Shown here in pieces: positions 26,775-37,500 of a DNA stretch of 64,000 bases. This DNA comes from Gammaproteobacteria bacterium. GTDB taxonomy: Bacteria > Pseudomonadota > Gammaproteobacteria > HTCC5015. How positions within the stretch are numbered: position 1 is the first letter of the stretch; the number at the start of each line of letters is the position of its first letter. The position numbers and the translations under genes were made by a program. The notes beneath the pieces are model-generated. The model had not been told where the DNA came from, made no database searches, and was given only the letters and a program-made list of their open reading frames with translations. The stretch covers positions 31,997-95,996 of the forward strand of contig JANQRI010000005.1 of NCBI GenBank assembly GCA_028284675.1. Reading direction: 5' to 3'.

Positions 26775-28172
26775 ATGACCGATCAGTTATCCGAAAAAGA
26801 GATAGAGCTGGAACGCGAACTTAATGAGCGTAAGCAGGTCCTGTCCGAAGCCCGTGCCGAATTTGAAGCTGCCGAAACTGCTTATGAGCAGTTGCGTAAA
26901 AAGCATGATACCGCGCAAAGGCTTGATCAACTTGCGAAGCAACTGGCTGAACTCGCACAACTTAATCCGCTAAATGAGGAAAGCCCGTTTACCGGTGAAT
27001 CACTGGAGGGGGCTGATCAGGTTAATCAGCATTATGCTGAGCTGGTTGAGCGTATCAATGCTCAGGTCGGGGCTTTTAGAAAGCGCTATAACGAAGCTGA
27101 GTCCAGGGTAAAAGCTGCAGAGAAAGAATTAACCGTCGCGCGGCAGGCGAGCAATAAAGTGGCCGGCGAGCTTGAGCAGGCAAGGCCATTGGTTCGTACC
27201 AGCACAATCATGCGGACCGGCAGTGATGGTGTTGAAAGAGCTTATGTAGTTATTTATCGGCGTGACACGGTGATGCCCTGGTCTGAAGCGACCAAGGATA
27301 AAAGGCGGTTCCGTAAGGCTGTTGTTCGTATCACGCTGTTGATGTTGATACTGGCGATTATCCTGCCTTTCATACCATTGCCGGAACCCAAAGAAATAGA
27401 GGTGATTGAAATTCCTGAAAGGGTCGCCCAGCTGATTCAGGAGCGTAAGCCCCCGCCGCCGCCTCCACCTCCGCCACCCAAGAAAGCTGACAAGCAACCC
27501 AAGGATGCAAAGAAAAAGCAGCTTAAGCCGCGCAAACAGGCGCCTAAAGCGAAAACAGAAGTGGCCAAAGCCGCGCGTGAAAAAGCCCAGCGTTCCGGTT
27601 TGCTGGCTTTTCGGGAAAGCTTTGCCGACCTGATGGACAATAGCGCTGAGGCCAAATTGGGTAAGCAGGCCAGAGTGACCAGCGGCGGTCAGACCGCAAG
27701 AAAAACCGAACGCTCTTTAATCACAACTGCTGCGGGTAAAGGCAGCCAGGGTATTAATGTTGCAAGTTTAAGTCGTGATGTTGCCGGAACCGGGCTAAAA
27801 GGGCGAGGCACCAGTCGGGTAACCGGGGTTATCGGTGATGAGTTCGGTGATGCTGACAGACCGTTGGCTGAGTCTATCCGGGGTTCACGCACTGATGAAG
27901 AGATACAGCTGGTTTTTGATCGAAATAAAAGCGCGCTATATTCGATTTATCAGCGTGAATTAAGGAAAAACCCGACCCTCAAAGGTAAAATCGTGCTGAA
28001 AATCACGATTGCACCATCCGGTAAGGTGTTGGCTTCCGCGGTGGTTTCCAGTGATCTTAATAGCCCGGAACTGGAGCGCAAAATTGCTGCCCGTGTGAAG
28101 CTTTTCAATTTTGGCGGCAAAGACGTAGATACCATTACGATAAATTACCCGATAGACTTTCTGCCTGCCTGA
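26775..28172 (+). CDS. Atypical TonB-like energy transducer (AgmX/PglI-like C-terminal domain, from memory of that family)
   Basis: 465-aa ORF with about 180 aa of N-terminal coiled coil and a single TM (ITLLMLILAIILPFIPL). A run of 10 Pro (27450-27479) is followed by a Lys-rich linker. The C-terminus has a TonB_C-like fold signature (KGKIVLKITIAPSGKVLASAVVSS...ITINYPIDF). Confidence 0.8.
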   Translation: MTDQLSEKEIELERELNERKQVLSEARAEFEAAETAYEQLRKKHDTAQRLDQLAKQLAELAQLNPLNEESPFTGESLEGADQVNQHYAELVERINAQVGAFRKRYNEAESRVKAAEKELTVARQASNKVAGELEQARPLVRTSTIMRTGSDGVERAYVVIYRRDTVMPWSEATKDKRRFRKAVVRITLLMLILAIILPFIPLPEPKEIEVIEIPERVAQLIQERKPPPPPPPPPPKKADKQPKDAKKKQLKPRKQAPKAKTEVAKAAREKAQRSGLLAFRESFADLMDNSAEAKLGKQARVTSGGQTARKTERSLITTAAGKGSQGINVASLSRDVAGTGLKGRGTSRVTGVIGDEFGDADRPLAESIRGSRTDEEIQLVFDRNKSALYSIYQRELRKNPTLKGKIVLKITIAPSGKVLASAVVSSDLNSPELERKIAARVKLFNFGGKDVDTITINYPIDFLPA

Positions 28173-28556
28173 TCCGTATATTTTAATAACGGAAACACTC
28201 TGGAAATCTGTGTGTTTTATTAAAAAATATGCGTGCTTATACGCGCGTTGGTTGTGCTTGCAGGAATCTGCTGCTCCAAAATGATTGGCTTGCAAAGTTT
28301 AAAAACCGGTTTTTTCAATGCTTAAATTTAGTTTAATTCCGGTGCTTTCGGGCTCTTCCGCTAAGAGGTGCTATTTGTTAGACTAGCGGCGATGATAAGT
28401 ATTGTAAAAACAATAAGTTAGGGCTATTTTATTATAAGGATCATTTAATGCGAGGCATATCACGGTTGCAATCCCAGGGACGGCTAAAATAAGCCGGATA
28501 TCCTGAATCAGAATGCCTGATCAGGACAACTTTAAATTTGGTTTTAGTTTAATTTG

Positions 28557-31500
28557 ATGCCCAATAAAAAAATAACAAGGCAGGTATTACCGCTTATCAG
28601 GTACTGCTTTTTTGGCTTTAGCCTGCTTGCCTTGTTGACTGTGCATCCCATAGCTAGAGCTGTTCCGCTTATAAACTCTGCGACTCAGTTTACTCCTGCA
28701 GATACAGCCCGTGACCCTGATTCAGTGCCGAACAACGGCGATGAATATATGGATTCCGCGGGTGTATGGAATGGTCTTGTCGAAGTTACCAATACCACCG
28801 GCGATAGTTTTCAGATTACGCTGACTAACAGCGCGGCCGGTGCACCCGATCCGCTGGTAGACGATGTTGCATTCGATATCGGATTGACCCTGAATGTACC
28901 TGCCGGGTTTCGCTTGCCGGTAAGCCCGTTCAATGTAACCACTGCCGCCACTGGTGGCGACCCGGGTGCGGCTAATTGTGTGGCGCCCGGTGGTGGCACG
29001 ATTACCGCAACCCAGGCCGGTGGTGCCGGTACCCCAATCACGTTCAATATCCCGGCCGATACCAATTTGCCGGCACGGGCCCCTTGTAACTACTCTTTCC
29101 AGTTTGGGCTGACGACCAATGACAGTGCTCCTTTCGTAACCGGCGGCAACTACCAACTGGATTACGATTTTAGCTATAACGAGATTGATGATGATGCCGG
29201 TTCTCAACAAACCACGAACGCGATGCAAAGTGTTGAGGTGCGTGAAGGGGATATCATCATCGTAAAAGCAGCTGTGCCGAATCCGGCGGACCCGAACGGT
29301 GCCTATGCAGATGGTGAAACCGCCGAATGGACTGTATCCGTATTCGGTAACGGTAATGGCGGCAGCTTTGCAGTGCTAATAACTGATTTGTTGAATATCA
29401 ATTTTGATGCGGCGACGTTGCAGTTGACACCGCCGGCAAATCCACCGGGTACGCCGTTCCCTGTGCCTGTGGGTAACAATCAGTACACAATTAACTATCT
29501 GGCTCCCGGGCAACGTGTTGATATCACGGTGCAGGCGAATGTAGCGGTTCCGGCGAATGCAGCAAGTTGCCCTGATTTGCGCAATGATGTAAATGCTGCC
29601 GATCGCCTTGGCAATGCCAGTGCATCGTTTGATTCGGTGGTGTTTGATTTGCAGGATCCATTGCTGGCTTATACGCCGAACGATATTAACATTCCGTTTG
29701 GCGGCACTGACACGGTCAGTTTTAATGTGACCAACCCGGGCTTGGGTGCTGACGGGGGTACTGCAAGAAATATCGTGCTGGATGTCAGTGGTCTTGCCGG
29801 TTTTACCGTGTCCAATGTGTCCGCGCTATGGGCCTTTGACGGCACCAGCCAATTCACTTATCTGGGGCTAGACGGTTTACCGGCTTCCGGTGATGAAATT
29901 CTGGTCAACGGCGGTTCGGCGTTACTGCAATTTGATGTGGGTATGGGGACCTGTGGCGGTCCGGCCGCCAGCACACTGACCTGGACACCCAGTTATGAAA
30001 ACCTGTGTGGGCTTTCGTTTACTCCGCCGATAGAAACATCAACCATTACAGTTGTTAACGAACCGACCTTGGGTATCACCAAGGCTGTTGCACCGGGTGT
30101 CACTAACTTTGGTCAGCCGGCCGTGTATACAATCGATATCACCGGAGCGAACGCGGGCGGCTTGCCGACTGTCGCTGGAGTAGATAATGACTGGACGGTG
30201 ACTGATACATTGCCGCCAGGTGTCAGTGCCGGGGTGATTCCAGCAGTCCCCACCGGCACGATAATTACGATCGGTGCTACAGTATTTACCGATGTTGATA
30301 CAAATATCCCGGTGACTGCCGGCGATACGATTATCTGGCAGGGTGACCGTGATGACCTGGTTCCGACGCTGCCCTCCATAACGGTGAACTTTACCGTTGA
30401 TAGTGGTCCGTTTTGTCCTCCTGATCCGCCGATTACCATTGGCAATACCGCGACACTTGACTATCCGAGTTGTGGCATCAATGTGGCAGACGGTGCCGCA
30501 TTACTTGTGAACGATAGTCCGATTGATGGTGCGCTGCAGCAGTTTACGATTTCAGCCGGTACTCCGGCGCCATTTGAAACCGGTCGGCCTGATACTGATC
30601 TGGTCGCGGTGAATGAAGCAAATGAAGGTGAGCGGATTACCTTTACCGCGACTTACCAGTTTCCTGTGGGTTATCCGGGTATCTGGAGCGGTTCATCCTT
30701 AACCACTGAGATGGGTACCGGCGCCGGCGGTTTAGCGGGTTCACCGTTGCAGCTGGCCTTTGTCGACGGGAATGGAGATGATTTGCCGACTGCCGGGGAA
30801 GTCAGCGGTGTGACGGTTCAGGTGACCAATCCAGGTGGTCCGGATTTTCCGTTAACCAATCTGACGATCGGTGCCGCAGCAGGCCAGGTTACCGTAAACC
30901 CGGGAGGTACGATCACAATAGCAAACCTCGATTTTATCGGTGCAGTGGTCGGTGCCAATATGGCCGATACCACTTTCACGATTGCCTACACTGTCACTGC
31001 ACCGGAAGGTAATCTGGATGCAAATCTGCAGCCGCTGGATGAGGTTAACATTGGCGCATTTACCGAGCGCCTCACATTCTCAGTGGCGAACAACCCGGCC
31101 AGTTGCGGTGGCGGAATTGATTTTACTCAGGGGATTACCGGGATTCAGCTGGAGCGTTCCGATGTCGGCATTGGCGGTAATATCAGCACAACCAACGATG
31201 CCGGTGCTTGCGGTCCGACCACTGCGACCATTGATATCACCGCGCCGCCGGCCGGTGGGCTTAATGCCGATAATATCCGTATTTTATTGCAGGGCACGGA
31301 CTATGTATTGCCGAATATGGTCGGCGATTATACCTTCGGCGGTGCCGGCAACCTGGCTGCGCTCAATCCGACGATCAGTTTTGCCGGCAGTGATGTAATT
31401 ATTGAAGTTACGCCGGGTGACGGCGGTAACCTGACCGGTGATTCGACAATCAGTTTTCCGGTAAATCTAAATGCCGCGGCGGCTGCGCGTGATTTGCCGG

Positions 31501-34500
31501 CAACGGTGTTCTTTGACAGCAATCACACCTCGCCTGATTTTTCTATCGCGCTGGAAAGCGATGAAGACTATAACAATGCTGCGGTGCTGGCCGGTCCGGT
31601 GCAAACCGCAAATCTGGATGTCGAGTTTTTTCCGCCGAATGTGATACTCGGTGATCCGAATAATTTTGCCGATGTTGATCCCGGTCAACCCGGACTCGAA
31701 GGGGTGTTTACCTGGCTGGTCAGAATCACCAATGTCGGCACTAATACCGTTTCGGGTTATGTGTTTTCGAACATGGTGCCGCCGGGCTTTTTACCGTTTC
31801 GTGCCGGTTCATCTCCGGTCGCGGATGCCGGTCTGCTGACCGATCCGCTGATGGTCTGGAGCGGTTTACCTGATTTGTTGCCGGGCGGTTCGGTTGAGAT
31901 CACTGTTGCGATCGGATTGCCGCAAAACGCCGGTTGTAATGTGGGTAATCCGAATCAAACCACGGTTGCTTCCGGCTGTGTTGATGGCACCACGCTGTTT
32001 ACTGAAAACGGCCCGAATGTTTTGTTTCCGGTTATTGATCTGCAGCTTGAGCACCTGGATACCAGTTTCTGTGAATTATGCCGTGATGGTACGGTGGAGC
32101 TGGAAGTGCGTAACGAAGGTGCCTCTGATTTATACGATGTTGTTGTAACCGAAAATCTCGCCGGTTCCGGTTTGGAATATGTGTTGGGCAGCACCGAAGT
32201 ATTTGTCGAAGGCACTGCCGGATTCGTTGCGGTTGGTGATAATGCTGCAACCAATGCCACGCAAATTGTTTGGGATAGCACAAACATTGCGGCATTGGGA
32301 CAGCTGCTATCCGAGATTAACGGTATGCCGTCTGAAATGACGATTCGGTTCCGGGTCCGGTCCTCAGACCCGAACGCGGAAAACCTGGTTGCGGCAAACC
32401 GGAATATCAGTGCAAGCGGGGATTTTAATTTGTTTTGCGGTGATCCGGGTTTGCCATTGGTGGTCGATAATTTTCAGGTGCCCTTGCGTCAGCCGCAGCC
32501 GCAGGTGGAGAAACTTGGCCGAAACTTTTCGGCGCGGCAGACCGCAGCTGATTATGCCGACCCGGTATTTGGTGGTACAGATGACATCGTGATCTGGCAG
32601 GTTGACGTTGCGAACAGTGGTGTAACTTCATCCGCTGATTTGGAAGACTTGCTGGTTAACGATACGGTTGCACCAGGCCTTAACTTTACGCTGCAATTTG
32701 TTTGTCCGACTGAGGCTGATGCGGATGCCCGCGCGGTCGCACTGGAAACATTGGTGGCTCCGGCAGATGCATGTATACCGTATTTACCGGTGTTAGATGT
32801 CGATGACCCTTTCGGTAACCCGGGTAATGACCAGCCCGGTACGTTTATCGATGCTGCGGCCGGTAGCAGCGCTTTTGTTTATTACGTCGGTACGATTCAG
32901 AATCTTTGTACCAATGAAAATAATAATGTTGATATCCAGTGGGGTTGTGAGTCGAACAGTCCACCTGCGGGCGGTATCAATGCTGACGGTAGTGGCGGTG
33001 CATTATCGGCAGGCCTTGCCGCAGGCGATGATGATGACAGTGCATTTCTGAGTACGACCGTTGATCCGAATGGTGTGCTGGTCACACAAACCTTTACCGG
33101 AACCAATACGGCTCAACCTGTGGGCACGAAAGGTATTCTGACAATTACCGTCACCAATAACAGCGGTGGTACGGTACGTGATCTTATTTTAACCGATACC
33201 CTGCCGACCGATTACGAGTTGGATTTGACCTCATTGAATCCGCCAAATACGCCATTTGTTGTGAATCCTGCATTTGGTGTGTATCCAGGTATTGCCGATA
33301 CGTTTGCGGTTAATGCGACCAATCCGAATCAGCCGGTGTTTACATTTACCAGCTCAACCCAGGGGACGGTGAACCAGGCAAATTTATTGCGTAATGGTGA
33401 TGAGTTGGTTTTGACCGTGGGTGTAGTGCGGGTGCGGCCGTTTGATAATGTTAATGACCCTGAAGTCAGAACCGAGAACCCAGGTGACGGTACCGACCCG
33501 GATTATGCCCCACCGTTGCCGGCGGACGACGATAACACCGTCAGCCTGCAGTTCAGTAATACCTGTGGCACTGTATTCACTGATGCAGACAGTGTAAATC
33601 TGCCAAGCGTTATAGACGTTAATATCAACCCCGAGGATATCGATGTCGATATTAATCCGGCTGATCCTAACCTGCTGTTTATTCTCAGTGACCCGACCGC
33701 GACATTAAACTTCAATGTTGTCGTTAGCAATAACGGTGGTCATGACGCAAGCGACTATGATACTTACGTAACCGTGGGTAACGGTATCGATCCCGGAGTG
33801 ATACCGGCCGGGTGTGCACTGGCTGCCCCACCGGCTGAGCTTGGTTTTCCGCCAACAAATCCGGCAGGCATATTGCCGCCGGAATATAACCCGGCTGATT
33901 CACTGACGTTTCGTTGTGTAACCACCGACCCAATACCTCCAGGCGGTTCCGATACATTTGGCTTTACCATACAGCGCGCATTGCCGTTGGGTGTGTCCGG
34001 AGACTTAACATTTCGTGCCGATGTATTGGCACGCACTACATTAAGCGACGGGTCCGCGCCACCGGACCGGGGGGCGGCCGGTTATCCTTATTACTCCAAG
34101 GATAATATTCTTGCCCGTATTATTGGTTTTAATTTATTTAAAACATTTTTCGGAAACTGCAGTGAGGATAATCCCCCGCCGGTTGCGAACGGTAATGTGA
34201 TTATCGGTGAAGAATGTACGTTTGAAGTCGAGGCTGAATGGTTTGGTTTCGCAACACCCGGTTTTGGCAATATTGAAGTACGCAATCCGCGCATCTATGA
34301 GGGTGCGCTCACGAACAACCCGCCGCCGCCCGAGGGCAACCCCGGTGTTGATCCGCCAAACCTGCCGGATACTTTGGACGGGCAGGGGCTGGTGAGTATT
34401 GATACCACGGCCAGCAGCGCCGGTGTCAGTGTTGCGGTACAAAACCCGGCCGCACCCGCAGCGCTGGCCGAAACCGGATTGGCCTGGCGGTTAAATAATA

Positions 34501-37500
34501 TTGCCGCGGTTGGTAATACCGAAGAACGTTTTATCGCGCGGGTGCGTTGGCGAACATTGAATGACCCGGTGAATACTTCGGCCGTGCCAAACCTGCATGC
34601 GGCATTACAAAATGATGAAGTGAACGCGCGTTTTGATGTGTTTTTCTCAGGCACTGGTGCAACAGTGAGTTTTGATGAAACCACCGCAGGCTATCCACCG
34701 GCCGCATTGCGTATTGCCAGTGTCGTCGTAACCGAACCGAATGTCACGATTACCAAAGAAGTTTGTAACGAATCGATATCGATTGCTAACAACCCGGCTG
34801 ATTCGGGAGCAAACTGCCAGCCGTTTGTCGCATTGCCTGGTTTGGTTATGGGGGATTCGGATGATTTATTTATTTATCGTCTGACGGTGAATAATGAAGC
34901 GGCCGCATCCGGTGTTCCCAGAGCGCCGGCTTATGATGTTGCGATCAATGACAGTTTTGATGCGAGCGACCAGATCGCCCCGTTCGATTTCACCACTGAC
35001 GGGCTGGACAATGACGGCGACGGATTGGTTGATGCAGCGGATCTTGACGGCGAAGGCACGGTCGATGACCTGGTGCTGGTGAACGGCAACCCGGCGGATA
35101 TTACCATTGATTCGGCTAACAGCACGGCGTTGGCGCAGGTTGATCCCGGTGCCACGGTTGAGTTGTTTTATCGCGCGCGTCTGGACAATATGGTGACGCC
35201 GACCCAGCAGCTGATCAACACGGCAGACGGCACGTATGATAGTTTACCCGGCGCGTCCGGATCACAGTCGGCACCGCTAGGTGCCAGCGGTGCGTTAGGC
35301 GGCGCACGGCAATACAATATTCCACAGGCTCAGGCAACGATCGAAATCGATAACATCGTAGTTAATCCCGGTTCCAAGGAATTTATCGACAGTGCAAGGC
35401 GTGATGCAGGTCTGGTTGCGGGCGTCTGTGCATCACCCTGTGTGGATGAGAATGTCGTGATCGGTGAAGAGGTCATGGTGGAGCTGGAATTCACGCTGCC
35501 ATTGTCCGAATTGCGTCAATTTGCACTGGAGGACAATCTGCCGGCCGGTATTGAATGTATCGAGGCAATGGATATCGTGCTGCCGGTATTTAATCCGCCG
35601 GCAGTGGATCCGGGTTTTACCCCGGGCGGTGTATTTCCGGCGGCGACCTGTGATGCGAACCTGGTGCGTTGGGATTTAAGTCTGGCCGGCGATCAGACTC
35701 TGCAGGGCACCGGCGGTACGATGCAGTTCGATGTGCAGGCACGATTTATTGCCCGCGTACAAAATACTGTGGTCACAAACAACGGTGGCATTATCGCCAA
35801 TGGGGGTGCATCCACGAATGTGAATGTTTCCTATCGCGATGCCGGCAACACGCTGGTGATGATTCCGATCGACGAAGCACGATTGACCGTGCAAGAGCCG
35901 GTTGTTACGGTCACCAAAACAATGGACCCGGTCGCACCGGCGATAACAGTCGATGCACGTGATTTGATTAATGTGACGGTGCAGGTGCAAAACAACGGTA
36001 CCTCGCCGGCATACAATTTAAGATTGCAGGATGATTTAACCGCGCCCGGCACGAATCTGACTTATATCGCCGGCAGTCAGGGTGGTGCGAATATACCGGA
36101 TGTGATTGATTTAACGATACCAAATGCACCGGTATTTATTTTCAATAATCCATTGCCGCCCGCTGGTACCTTTACGTTTACGTTCCAGGTGCGTGCGGCG
36201 GATATCGTACAGCCTCTGGAAGAACTCAATAATACCGTGGCTGCCCGTTTTACCTCGTTACCCAATAACAATGTTGCGTTGAATGCGGGTGGTGCCATCG
36301 GTTTGGATGGTGCGCCCAACGGTATGCGGACCGGTGCGATCCCGCCGGCCGGAGATCCGGTGAATGACTATGAAGCACAAGGCGTGGATCAGGAAATCGT
36401 GCCGCCGTTGACGATTGTGAAAAACGATCTGACTCCCGGCGTACCGACGACAATCGGGGTCAGGAAAAATTTTGAAGTTGTACTGACCCTGCCGGAGGGT
36501 GTTAGCAACGGTGTGATTGTAAATGACAATCTGATGGCCGGTACAACCAGCTTTGTGCTGGAGAATAATGCTGCTTTCGATATCGTTTATACGTTTCAGG
36601 ATATCGTCAGCATCAACGGCGTGCCGGTTGCCGGTTTTGCAACGCCCGCAGATGCGGAAGCGGCGATGGCGGCATTTACCGCGGTTGATGCCGCCACCGG
36701 CCTGGTAATCTGGAACTTCGGCAATGTTGTGACTGCGATAGAGCAGGACCCGCTAACCACCGTGGTGAATCCACGCATTGTGATTAATTATTTTGCACGG
36801 GTCGGCAACAATGTGACGACTGTAGCCGGTGCAACTTTACAGAATGCAGCCGATTCGAATTATATTAATGGCGAAAACGGTGGTGTTGAAGTTATTAATG
36901 CGCCGTTGTTAGGGCCGTTTGTCGTGGTGGAGCCGGATTTGGTCGTGAATAAAACCGGTCCGGCGGTCATGAACCCGGCAGTACCGGCTTCATTTACGAT
37001 TACCGCGGACAATATCGGCACATCAACTGCGTGGGATGTCACAATCACCGATTTATTACCAAACCTGGATCCGGCTCCAGGTGGTATGTGCGATAACGCG
37101 CCGGTGATAACCGCGATTGATGTGGCCGGCCGTGCACTGGTGGAGAATGTTGATTATACGTTAACGTTTAATCCGGCACCGGCCTGTACGTTTTTAATTA
37201 CATTAATACCGACTGATGCTGCGCCGCCGGCTAACAATGCGCGTATCGATGCCGGTGAGACGCTGACGGTTGTTTACGATCATGTCCTCGACGCAGATAC
37301 GGCTTCGGCAACCAATCTGACCAATATTGCCGGCGCGACCCAGTGGTTTAGTTTGGACACCGACGGTGTGTTGGTGCCGCCGGAAATCAGAACCTATAAC
37401 CGGGTATTAACCAACGGTACGGTCGGCGTGCCTGATCATGAAGATGCGCATACGCTATTGGCTCAAGGGCCGGTATTGTCCATATCGAAGTTGGTTACAA

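Noticed and set aside
25036-28172. An ordinary TonB-ExbB-ExbD nutrient-uptake system or a Tol-Pal system.
   Set aside because: There is no TonB-dependent receptor and no tolA-tolB-pal-cpoB order. The cluster has duplicated ExbD, a long cytoplasmic domain on the TonB-like protein, and four TPR or coiled-coil envelope proteins. A Vibrio-type TonB2/TonB3 (Ttp) relationship is not formally excluded without searches.
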